Origin: Gammaproteobacteria bacterium
GTDB taxonomy: Bacteria > Pseudomonadota > Gammaproteobacteria > GCA-002705445 > GCA-002716945
Reading direction: 5' to 3'
NCBI GenBank assembly: GCA_038142325.1
Contig: JAYQJW010000002.1
Coordinates: forward strand, 224,001 to 288,000
Length of the DNA stretch: 64,000 nucleotides
Both the position numbers and the translations under genes were made by a program. Positions within the stretch are counted from its first letter, which is position 1; every line of letters starts with the position of its first letter. The notes under the pieces were generated by a model. That model saw only the letters and a list, made by a program, of their open reading frames with translations, made no database searches and was not told the origin of the DNA. Positions 35,589-44,389 of the stretch are shown one piece after another.

Positions 35589-36674
35589 ATGAAAACTTAT
35601 CTTGTCGGCGGTGCAGTTAGGGATAAATTATTAGGTATTGAACCTAAAGAGAGAGATTGGGTTGTGGTCGGCTCCTCTCCGGAAGAGATGAAATCTCAAG
35701 GGTATATACAAGTAGGTAAAGATTTTCCCGTATTTATTCATCCAAAAACTGGTGAAGAGTATGCGCTTGCGAGGACTGAGAGAAAATCAGGCCACGGTTA
35801 TACAGGTTTTGAGTTTAACATAAATCCATCTATTACCTTAGAAGAAGATTTAGAAAGAAGGGACCTTACTATTAATGCAATAGCAGAAGACGAAAAAGGA
35901 TTATTAATAGATCCGTTTAATGGGCAACAAGATATAAAAGATAAAAAGCTGAGGCATGTATCCAATGCATTTTCTGAAGATCCATTACGCGTACTTAGAG
36001 TATTGAGATTCAAGACTAATTTTCCTGATTTTGAAATCGTCCCAGAAACAGAAGATAAAATAAATGAAATCATATCCAGTGGTGAACTTGAGTATTTAAC
36101 AGGAGAGAGAATTTGGTTAGAAATGTATAAAACTAAAAGTATAGCCAACTTCTTGAAATATATAATTGATTATAAGTTAGGATTTTTATTTCCTGGTTTG
36201 TCTGAGATTACTCTAAATAATGCTGGCAGTGCTTCTAACTTTGAATCTAATAAATTACTCTCGACCTCTTATATGATTTCAAAATTCGAAGATAATATAG
36301 ATTTATTATGTGACAAAATAAAAGTACCAAATGAATATAGAGAATTAGCAATTATGATATATCAGCACATGGGCAATCTTCTTGATTATAAAGTTTCAAA
36401 TTCTGATGACTATGACAATCTTTTAAGTTTAATAAAGAAACTTGATATTAGGAAAAAAGAGAGGATGAATAATTTTTTTAAGATAGCTAAGGCGTTGGCT
36501 TTTAATACCTCTACAAATATTGATTTTTTTACATCATTAATTTCAAAAATTGATAAATATAGATTAGGCTCGGAACACAAATCAAAAAATAATCTAGAAA
36601 TAAAAAAAATTATAGATAATGAGCATAAAGAATTAGTCCAAGATCACATAAGAGAATATTTAGATAATCAGTAA
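35589..36674 (+). CDS. cca: tRNA CCA-adding nucleotidyltransferase (short form, no recognisable HD domain)
   Basis: [45 protein letters not shown]. Confidence 0.93.
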   Translation: MKTYLVGGAVRDKLLGIEPKERDWVVVGSSPEEMKSQGYIQVGKDFPVFIHPKTGEEYALARTERKSGHGYTGFEFNINPSITLEEDLERRDLTINAIAEDEKGLLIDPFNGQQDIKDKKLRHVSNAFSEDPLRVLRVLRFKTNFPDFEIVPETEDKINEIISSGELEYLTGERIWLEMYKTKSIANFLKYIIDYKLGFLFPGLSEITLNNAGSASNFESNKLLSTSYMISKFEDNIDLLCDKIKVPNEYRELAIMIYQHMGNLLDYKVSNSDDYDNLLSLIKKLDIRKKERMNNFFKIAKALAFNTSTNIDFFTSLISKIDKYRLGSEHKSKNNLEIKKIIDNEHKELVQDHIREYLDNQ

Positions 36675-37424
36675 AGCTGTTCCTAGGATAATTCTATAAA
36701 TTATATATGGAGAAAAAGTTACTTTATTAATTGTTGAAATAAATAATTTAATAGTTAAATAGGAGAAGACAAATGAAAGTAAAAATCCTAAGATATAATC
36801 TTTCACTATAATAACTTCATTTGTACTCAATAACTCTACTGTTTGGTAGGTTGATGCCATAAAAATAGCAGGTATTGACAAAAGAAAAGATATTCTAATA
36901 GAATCTTTTCTTGTGAAACCAACTAGCAATGCTGCTGTGATAACAACACCAGACCTAGATACACCAGGCATTATTGCAAGGGCCTGCATAAGTCCAATAA
37001 AAAACATGAGACTGTATGAGCAGTTAATTATTTTTTTGCTCTCCTTTCTATTTTTATCTACAAAAAATAGAGCTAGAGCGAATATTATAGTCATTATTGC
37101 TATTGGTTGAACGTTTCTCATGTAGAGAGAAACATAATCAATGAATATTACTCCAATAATAGGTAAAGGTATCGAGGCAAATATCATCAGCTTCAAATAG
37201 TGTCTACCATCATCAGTCATAACAAAGATTTTTTTTATTTCATCCTTGAAATAGATCAATATCGCCAATAAAGATCCAGCATGTAATGCAATATCAAATC
37301 CTAGCCCTTGATCAGGAAAATTACTAAGTTCAGATAATAAGACTAGATGTGAGCTACTTGATATTGGTAAAAACTCTGTCACCCCTTGGATGAAGGATAA
37401 TATAATTATATTTATTATTTCCAT
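36660..37424 (-). CDS. uppP: Undecaprenyl-diphosphate phosphatase
   Basis: [30 protein letters not shown]. Confidence 0.96.
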   Translation of the reverse strand: MEIINIIILSFIQGVTEFLPISSSSHLVLLSELSNFPDQGLGFDIALHAGSLLAILIYFKDEIKKIFVMTDDGRHYLKLMIFASIPLPIIGVIFIDYVSLYMRNVQPIAIMTIIFALALFFVDKNRKESKKIINCSYSLMFFIGLMQALAIMPGVSRSGVVITAALLVGFTRKDSIRISFLLSIPAIFMASTYQTVELLSTNEVIIVKDYILGFLLSFVFSYLTIKLFISTINKVTFSPYIIYRIILGTALLII

Positions 37425-38506
37425 TACAATTTCATTATGTCGTTTTTAATAAAATTCTTATTAGAGACACTTTTTACATTCTTTCCAGCAATTAATACTT
37501 TAAATATTTCACCCATCTGATTGGGCATAATTAATTTTTTAATTGACGTTAATTCACCTATATTTTTTATGTCAATATCATCAAGAATATCATAACTCAG
37601 TAAGTAATTAGCTTGACTCATAAACGCATAAGGAGACCACTTGTTATATTCTAATATGTTTTTAAGGTATGAAAAGTTCACAAAGGAGCTTACATCCTTC
37701 TCACCAATATCTTCTAACGGATCAAAATCGGATAAATGATCTTTAATACATGCTATAGTCCCGTGTATCCTATCATCGATATACAGCTCATTTGCAGAAT
37801 AACCGTAGTCAAAAATTAGAAAATAAGCCTTGTCAATGTATCTACTAATATTATTGATTATGTCATATTGTGCTCGACTAAACTCAAACAAGTAATTATC
37901 TACTAGTTCACTGGGTAGCGACAGGTATTTAGCTTGTATCTCTGAGAATAGATCATATTCCTTCCATGATATTTTAAATTCATCATTGACATAAGCCTTA
38001 TGGAATAAATTGTTCTTATGTTTAATAATATCAGTTGGAATACAGTCGAATAATTCATTAGTTATAATAAATGCTTCGCTTGGTAAGTCTTCATATTTAT
38101 TAATCCAAATAAAATCTACAGATCCTCCTAGTTCAAGAGCATCTATCACTTTCTTTTGTATTTTTGTTAACTTGGATGACTTCTCTAAGAAATAATATCT
38201 TTTTGGTAGACATTCTTTCTTTTTCAAATACAGAATCAAATCTCTCGCCAGCTCAGCATTACCAGCTCCAAACTCTAAAATATTAATAATCTTTTCCTCA
38301 TTAGAAACTCTGATAAAATTTTTTGCGATGCAATGAGAAAAATGTTTGGAAACTAATGGGGAAGTTATAAAGTGACCATCTTTGCCTATCACTTGGTCTT
38401 TTTCATAAAGACCGTAATCTTTATCAAAGAGAATTATTTCCATATATTCTGAGAAACTTATATTTTTATCTTTCTTTATTCTTAATTTTAGTTTCTCTCT
38501 CAACAA
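37424..38506 (-). CDS. SAM-dependent methyltransferase, MidA/NDUFAF7 family
   Basis: ISFSEYME, GHFITSP, ILEFGAGNA, NELFDCIP, FDYGY, MGEIFKVL. Confidence 0.88.
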   Translation of the reverse strand: MLREKLKLRIKKDKNISFSEYMEIILFDKDYGLYEKDQVIGKDGHFITSPLVSKHFSHCIAKNFIRVSNEEKIINILEFGAGNAELARDLILYLKKKECLPKRYYFLEKSSKLTKIQKKVIDALELGGSVDFIWINKYEDLPSEAFIITNELFDCIPTDIIKHKNNLFHKAYVNDEFKISWKEYDLFSEIQAKYLSLPSELVDNYLFEFSRAQYDIINNISRYIDKAYFLIFDYGYSANELYIDDRIHGTIACIKDHLSDFDPLEDIGEKDVSSFVNFSYLKNILEYNKWSPYAFMSQANYLLSYDILDDIDIKNIGELTSIKKLIMPNQMGEIFKVLIAGKNVKSVSNKNFIKNDIMKL

Positions 38507-38575
38507 ATCTAGCCTCTTCTAATAATTACTTTACAATTAGTATAAATTAATTTTAGATTATGTAATTATATATCA

Positions 38576-39310
38576 ATGATGAATAAAGTCGTATTAATTA
38601 CTGGTGGGGCGAGAAGAATAGGTGCGGAAACTGCAAACTATCTCCATTCAAAAGGGATGAATATTTTGATAACTTACAGTAAGTCTGCTAGTGCAGCAAG
38701 AGCACTGAGAAAGTCATTGAATTCTAAACGAGAAAAATCTTGTGAGATATATAGAGTAGAGTTTAAATCTAACTTGAATTATAAGAATGTTGCGAATGAT
38801 ATTTTAAAAATATTTGGTCGAATAGATTATCTTATTAACAATGCATCTAAATTTTATCCAACTAAAATTAACGATGTCTCAGAGAAAGTATGGCTTGATA
38901 CTATTGATACAAATATAAAAGCGCCATTATTTTTATCAAAATATTTGTTTATAGAATTAAAGAAAAGAAAAGGGGCTATCATCAACATTATCGATATTCA
39001 TGTGGAACCACCACTTAAAGATCATATTATTTACAACATTAGCAAAGCTGGTTTGCTTGCACTCACAAGATCTCTTGCAAAAGATCTAGCGCCACATATC
39101 AGAGTAAACGGAGTTTCTCCAGGAGCTATCATGTGGCCGGAGAGTGATTCAAGCAAGAAGAAAAAACTAGATATTATAAGTAAAATACCAATGAGATCAA
39201 CTGGAGAGCCTTTGGATATTGCCAAAACTGTTTACTTTCTATTAGAAGAAAGCCCATACATCACAGGTCAAAATATTAATGTTGATGGCGGAAGACGTCT
39301 TAATATGTAG
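38576..39310 (+). CDS. Pteridine reductase (PTR1/FolM-like SDR)
   Basis: TGGARRIG, LINNASKFYPT, NIIDIH, YNISKAGL, GVSPGAIMWPE. Confidence 0.88.
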   Translation: MMNKVVLITGGARRIGAETANYLHSKGMNILITYSKSASAARALRKSLNSKREKSCEIYRVEFKSNLNYKNVANDILKIFGRIDYLINNASKFYPTKINDVSEKVWLDTIDTNIKAPLFLSKYLFIELKKRKGAIINIIDIHVEPPLKDHIIYNISKAGLLALTRSLAKDLAPHIRVNGVSPGAIMWPESDSSKKKKLDIISKIPMRSTGEPLDIAKTVYFLLEESPYITGQNINVDGGRRLNM

Positions 39311-39734
39311 TCATAGCGGTAGTTGAAATTAAATACAAGCTTATGCATAAAATTCCAGTTACAGGTATTCTCAACTTGATGTAGTATTCCATAGGAAAAT
39401 ATCCTTTCAATGTTACATATAAATCGATAATTAGCTGTATAAGAAGCAGAAGAATTATCGCACTTAAAATCGATACTTGATTGAATTCAAATAAATTTAA
39501 TAAAAGAATTACCATTGAGAGTAAACTTGGCAAGAAGCCATGAAGCTCAAGGAATATATTATTTTTATTAAAATCCCAATTATATGCACCAATAAAAGTA
39601 TAGATAATACATGCCATATAGATGGCAATGTCATTTACAAATTCTGTCTTGAAATGCCCTAAAAAATATAAATCAATAATTAAGTAAATAAAAGGTATTA
39701 GCCCTGAATAGGAAATTAAGTATTTTATATTCAT
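39300..39734 (-). CDS. DUF3429-like membrane protein
   Basis: SGLIPF, Y...I.TFIGA..W, YYIKLR..VT patterns; hydrophobic. Confidence 0.7.
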   Translation of the reverse strand: MNIKYLISYSGLIPFIYLIIDLYFLGHFKTEFVNDIAIYMACIIYTFIGAYNWDFNKNNIFLELHGFLPSLLSMVILLLNLFEFNQVSILSAIILLLLIQLIIDLYVTLKGYFPMEYYIKLRIPVTGILCISLYLISTTAMTTY

Positions 39735-40237
39735 TACTTAAATCTAAAATTAATTTTTTTAATGATCATTTTCTGATATCTCGTATCAGACAACATGGTA
39801 TTATGTGTCTTTTTTGTTATTGGGTGGATAAACCCAGGTTCCAAATCATAAAGAGGGCGTAGAACGAAATCAAACTTTATAATTTCAGATCTTGGTATGT
39901 TTCTACTATCATCGATTAGATCATCATAGTATAGAATATCTATATCAAGAGTTCTCGAGCTAAATTTTACTTCATCAGCATGTCTGCCGTTTAACTCTTC
40001 TATTTCATTTAATTTAGTTTTTAATGATATTACATCTAATGTTGTTTCAAAATATGCTGCTAAATTATAAAAATTTGGACCACTAAAGCCCATTGAAGAT
40101 GTTTCATAAACTGGAGAAAGTTTTATTACATTAAAACAATTTTTTAACGCTTTTAGACATTGGTTGATATGTAAAATAGGTTCGATATTGCTACCAATGC
40201 CTACGAATACTTTATGGATCTTTTCTATATCGTTCAA
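39734..40237 (-). CDS. folK: 2-amino-4-hydroxy-6-hydroxymethyldihydropteridine pyrophosphokinase (possibly the C-terminal half of a FolB-FolK fusion)
   Basis: VFVGIGSNI, SPVYET, FYN, RTLDIDIL, FVLRPL. Confidence 0.93.
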   Translation of the reverse strand: MNDIEKIHKVFVGIGSNIEPILHINQCLKALKNCFNVIKLSPVYETSSMGFSGPNFYNLAAYFETTLDVISLKTKLNEIEELNGRHADEVKFSSRTLDIDILYYDDLIDDSRNIPRSEIIKFDFVLRPLYDLEPGFIHPITKKTHNTMLSDTRYQKMIIKKINFRFK

Positions 40238-40571
40238 TTATTACCCCAACTTCTTTTGACCCTGTAACTGCACCAGGTTTACTAAATCTACCCTTAATAT
40301 AATTAACATTAAATTTATCAAATATTAATTTTACAGATTCTTCTGCAAGCGCTTCAATTAATTGAAATTCACTATCTCCGATAAATGATTTGAGTGTCTT
40401 TGAAACTGCTTTATAATCAACGGTATCGTCAATTACATCACTATTTGAAGCGTTACTTATGTCGGTACCTAGTTCCAGATCAATACAAACAAACTGTTTA
40501 ATTTTTCTTTCCCAGTCATAAATACCAATAACTGTTTCTATACAAAGCTCTTTTATAAATACAATATCCAT
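40212..40571 (-). CDS. folB: Dihydroneopterin aldolase
   Basis: MDIVFI, IGIYDWER, TVDYK, FQLIEALAE, KPGAV..VGVIIER. Confidence 0.95.
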   Translation of the reverse strand: MDIVFIKELCIETVIGIYDWERKIKQFVCIDLELGTDISNASNSDVIDDTVDYKAVSKTLKSFIGDSEFQLIEALAEESVKLIFDKFNVNYIKGRFSKPGAVTGSKEVGVIIERYRKDP

Positions 40572-40647
40572 ATTATTCTCTCTTTTTTGACGGTATTCAG
40601 TATTGTATCTGATTAGGTTTCTGATATCATTACTGAGTTACGAAATC

Positions 40648-40875
40648 ATGTCTAAAATCTGCGATATAACAAAAAAAAGGGTTATGGTAGGAAATAACGT
40701 CTCACACGCGAAAAATCGCACAAGACGTACATTTGAACCTAATCTTCACTCGCACAGACTTTGGTCAGAAAAACAAAATAAGTTCATTAAACTTACTTTG
40801 TCAAATAAAGGTCTAAGAATAGTTAACAAACTAGGTTTAGATCAAGCATTATCAAAATTCGGTCTAGAACGATGA
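40648..40875 (+). CDS. rpmB: 50S ribosomal protein L28
   Basis: [33 protein letters not shown]; start moved to ATG 40648. Confidence 0.96.
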   Translation: MSKICDITKKRVMVGNNVSHAKNRTRRTFEPNLHSHRLWSEKQNKFIKLTLSNKGLRIVNKLGLDQALSKFGLER

Positions 40876-41027
40876 GAGATAAGATAAAACTAGTTTCATC
40901 AGCTGGTACAGGACATTTTTATACTACAACAAAAAACAAGAAAACTATGCCAGATAAGATGGAGATTAAGAAGTTTGACCCTGTAGTGAGAAAATACGTT
41001 ATTTACTCTGAAAAGAAAATCAAATAA
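40872..41027 (+). CDS. rpmG: 50S ribosomal protein L33 (zinc-free type)
   Basis: Not in the ORF track. Manual translation: [51 protein letters not shown]. Confidence 0.96.
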   Translation: MRDKIKLVSSAGTGHFYTTTKNKKTMPDKMEIKKFDPVVRKYVIYSEKKIK

Positions 41028-42171
41028 CTTTATAACTCTTTAGTCTAATAAGAAAATCATCAACGGCTTCGTTGCCGTGACTTTTAGCTTCTTCAATCCA
41101 ATTGTTTAATATCTCAATGAAATTCTCATGTTTTACTTCTCTGGAGTGTAAAAGCTCGTGAAGTTTATTTTTGAGATTATATATAGTATTGAGTTTGATA
41201 TTACTAGCGAGATATTTATTAACAATTGTTTCTTCATTTTGATTTAGTCTATTAGGATGATCAGCTAATAATTTAAATGAAAGTTTAAACTTTTCTTTTT
41301 TATAAATAGGTTTTAATACTTTATGTGTAAAATCTGTAATTACAGCTAATTTTGATTGAAGTAATGATTGAGTAATAATTTTAGAATCAGTATTTTCTGT
41401 TTCTTGAATAATCGGCTTAGGCGCTAAGCGTTTTACAGAACATAATTTTAAAAAACCAAAAATTTTGATATACATCCATCCAATGTCAAACTCCCAAGGC
41501 CTCAGTGAAAATTTAGCTGCAGTTGGATACGCATGGTGATTATTATGTAACTCCTCACCACCGATAATTATTCCTATTGGTGACATGTTAGTTGAATCAT
41601 CATTTGTATTATAATTTCTGTATCCCCAGTAATGACCTGCGCCGTTAATTCCGCCTGCTGCAAATATTGGAGTCCACATCATTTGGATTGACCAAATAAT
41701 AATACCAACAGTACCAAACATAATAATGTTGAGGATAAATAGAATGAGTATTCCAAGATTATTTCTTCCAGTATATAGTTTCTTCTCTATCCAATCATTC
41801 GGGCAATTCTGAGAGTATTTCTCTATAGTTTCCTTATTATTTTTTTCTTTATGGTATAGGTCTGCACCTTGGAACAAAACCTTATTTATTCCATAGACAG
41901 CAGGACTATGAGGATCATTTTCTGTTTCCACTTTGGCATGATGTTTTCTGTGAATTGCAACCCAGTCTGCTGTTCTCATTGATGTAGTTAGCCACAACCA
42001 AAATCTAAAAAAATGAGATAAGATTGGATGAATAGTTATCGCTGAGTGACAAACTCCTCTGTGAAGATAGAGAGTTATAGCTACAATGGTTATATGTGTG
42101 ACAGCAAGAGTGTAGAGAACGTATTCAAGCGTGCTAAATGGTATAATTCCGTTGATGAAAATGTCTATCAT
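41020..42171 (-). CDS. Acyl-CoA/fatty acid desaturase (DesA-like) with helical C-terminal extension
   Basis: His boxes [21 protein letters not shown]; WEFDIGW. Confidence 0.92.
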   Translation of the reverse strand: MIDIFINGIIPFSTLEYVLYTLAVTHITIVAITLYLHRGVCHSAITIHPILSHFFRFWLWLTTSMRTADWVAIHRKHHAKVETENDPHSPAVYGINKVLFQGADLYHKEKNNKETIEKYSQNCPNDWIEKKLYTGRNNLGILILFILNIIMFGTVGIIIWSIQMMWTPIFAAGGINGAGHYWGYRNYNTNDDSTNMSPIGIIIGGEELHNNHHAYPTAAKFSLRPWEFDIGWMYIKIFGFLKLCSVKRLAPKPIIQETENTDSKIITQSLLQSKLAVITDFTHKVLKPIYKKEKFKLSFKLLADHPNRLNQNEETIVNKYLASNIKLNTIYNLKNKLHELLHSREVKHENFIEILNNWIEEAKSHGNEAVDDFLIRLKSYKVI

Positions 42172-42226
42172 ATCTATATTATTAGTTCCTTATGTTAACA
42201 AGAAAAAATTTTATATCCAAATCATT

Positions 42227-43078
42227 ATGCCTGAATTACCAGAAGTTGAAACAGTAAAATTACTAGTAGATAAGCGAGTTTGTAATAAAAGGATTAAAAA
42301 AATTAAGGTTTTGAACCCAAAACTACGCTGGCCTATTGATATTAGCAACATGGATAAACTAAAAAATAAATCAATCAAACAAGTTACAAGAAGGGGTAAA
42401 TATATATTACTTGAGATTGATGACTCATCTCAAGTGTTGATCATACACTTAGGTATGACAGGCGTTATAAGATTTACTGACACAAAGAGATTCACTAGAC
42501 AAAAGCATGATCATTTATTGATATTTTTTGATGATTTTATTTTAGTTTATAATGACACTAGAAAATTTGGTTCAATACATATAACTAAAGATATTAGTAA
42601 TATGTTTTTATTAAGAGATCTCGGGCTCGAACCGCTGTCAATTGAATTCACTGATCAATACCTACTTAATATAGCAAAATCCAGAAAATGCACTGTTAAG
42701 GATTTAATTATGAACCAAAGAGTAGTGGTAGGAGTAGGTAATATATATGCAACAGAATCATTGTTTTTGTCAAAAATAAATCCAGCAATTTGTGCGAATG
42801 AAATAAAAAAAAATCAGTATAAAAAATTGGTTCAAAACATAAAACTAGTTCTTTCAAAATCAATTAAAATGGGCGGGTCAACTATAAAAGACTTTGTAAA
42901 TGCAGAAGGTAAACCAGGATACTTTTCACAAAAGCTTTTGGTGTATCAAAAAAAATATTGTCCTATTCACAAGAAGCATTCACTGAGTAGTATTAAAATC
43001 TCAGGACGCTCTTCTTTTTATTGCAGTAAATGCCAACCTCTCTATTTAAGAGCCAATATCAGTCCTGTAAAAAATTAA
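42227..43078 (+). CDS. mutM: Formamidopyrimidine-DNA glycosylase
   Basis: MPELPEVET start at 42227, RRGKY, HLGMTG, D.RKFG, GVGNIYATE. Confidence 0.96.
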   Translation: MPELPEVETVKLLVDKRVCNKRIKKIKVLNPKLRWPIDISNMDKLKNKSIKQVTRRGKYILLEIDDSSQVLIIHLGMTGVIRFTDTKRFTRQKHDHLLIFFDDFILVYNDTRKFGSIHITKDISNMFLLRDLGLEPLSIEFTDQYLLNIAKSRKCTVKDLIMNQRVVVGVGNIYATESLFLSKINPAICANEIKKNQYKKLVQNIKLVLSKSIKMGGSTIKDFVNAEGKPGYFSQKLLVYQKKYCPIHKKHSLSSIKISGRSSFYCSKCQPLYLRANISPVKN

Positions 43079-44389
43079 TGATGGATCTACATCTTTGAGT
43101 TCAGCATCTTTATATGCTTTTATTTTTTTTATATTCTCATAAGCTAAATCAATTGATTCTTCTTTAGTTTCACAACATACATTTACAGATAGTATTCTTC
43201 CTCCCGTAACTTTAAATGATCCATTACTAATCTTTGGGCCTGCATGAAAAATTTTGAGGTTTTCAGTTTCTTTTATATCAGATAAGTCTAGATAAAAATC
43301 TTTTTCAGGATTTGTTGGATAACCTTTTGCTGCCAAAACAACAGTACAACTGAACCCACTATATTCTTTATTATCTATAAAAGTAAGATTGAAGTTATCT
43401 GGATATTTAGAATTATCAAAGCCTATTAGGTCTAAAAAGTCGATGTCATTTTTGTGTAAGTACATCAAAATACTTTGAGTCTCGGGATCTCCCATTCTGC
43501 AATTATATTCAAGAAGATATGGCTTATCATTGTCTGCAGAAATCATTAAACCTAAATATAAAAACCCATTATATTTACTATTACTATTGGAAAGACTGTT
43601 TATTGCCACTATAGTCTTGATAAGAATCTTTTCAATTTCTATATTTAAAGCATAAACATCATTTTTTTTATATGAACAAAAAGGATGAGTGATAGAGCCC
43701 ATACCGCCTGTGTTAGGTCCTGAGTTATACTCATCTCGAGATTTATAATCTTTAATCCATGGAAGACCAATACTATTTTTAGAAGCATTGGGATTACATA
43801 TGTATATAGAAGAAAGCTCTATACCTCTTATAAAATCCTCAATTATAATTTTATCGCCTGATTTGAGTAACTTCGAAATTGATTCTCTTGCCTCGTCTAA
43901 CGTATTACAAATATCTACACCCTTTCCAGCAGCCAATCCATCATATTTAACCACTAGTGGTGATTTTTTTGTCTCTAAATATTTTATCGCTCTGGTAGCG
44001 TCATCAAATTCTTTATAATCTGCAGTTGGTAATTTGTTACTGCTCATAAAATTTTTCGAGAATACTTTTGACCCTTCAAGCTGCGCGAAAAACTTTTTTG
44101 GACCAAATATATTCAAGTTATTTTCCTCAAACAAATCACTTAGACCTTCAACTAATGGAACTTCTGGACCAACTATCGTTAGATCTATGTCATTCTCGAT
44201 AGCAAATTCTAATACTTTCTTATGATCATTTATGTTTACGTCAATATTGAATACATTTTTTTCTGATAATGTACCTGCATTTCCTGGCATAACGAAAATT
44301 TTATCAATTTCTCGTTTTGACTTAGATATTATCCATGCGAGAGCATGTTCTCTACCTCCAGAGCCAATTATTAAAACCTTTAATCCCAT
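43046..44389 (-). CDS. purD: Phosphoribosylamine-glycine ligase
   Basis: GSGGREHAL, VGPEVPL, LEGSK, GLAAGKGV, GPNTGGMG, EYNCRMGDPETQ. Confidence 0.94.
   Translation of the reverse strand: MGLKVLIIGSGGREHALAWIISKSKREIDKIFVMPGNAGTLSEKNVFNIDVNINDHKKVLEFAIENDIDLTIVGPEVPLVEGLSDLFEENNLNIFGPKKFFAQLEGSKVFSKNFMSSNKLPTADYKEFDDATRAIKYLETKKSPLVVKYDGLAAGKGVDICNTLDEARESISKLLKSGDKIIIEDFIRGIELSSIYICNPNASKNSIGLPWIKDYKSRDEYNSGPNTGGMGSITHPFCSYKKNDVYALNIEIEKILIKTIVAINSLSNSNSKYNGFLYLGLMISADNDKPYLLEYNCRMGDPETQSILMYLHKNDIDFLDLIGFDNSKYPDNFNLTFIDNKEYSGFSCTVVLAAKGYPTNPEKDFYLDLSDIKETENLKIFHAGPKISNGSFKVTGGRILSVNVCCETKEESIDLAYENIKKIKAYKDAELKDVDPSLIFYRTDIGS

Noticed and set aside
35550-35591. Possible NDUFA9-like/Cca fusion by a 1-nt shift
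   Set aside because: Both proteins have normal lengths, cca has its own ATG at the canonical N-terminus, and the linker is low-complexity AT sequence.
41020-41400. Desaturase C-terminal extension, a region often auto-annotated as transposase-like
   Set aside because: A usual helical tail of this proteobacterial desaturase family; no DDE motif, terminal repeats or target duplication.
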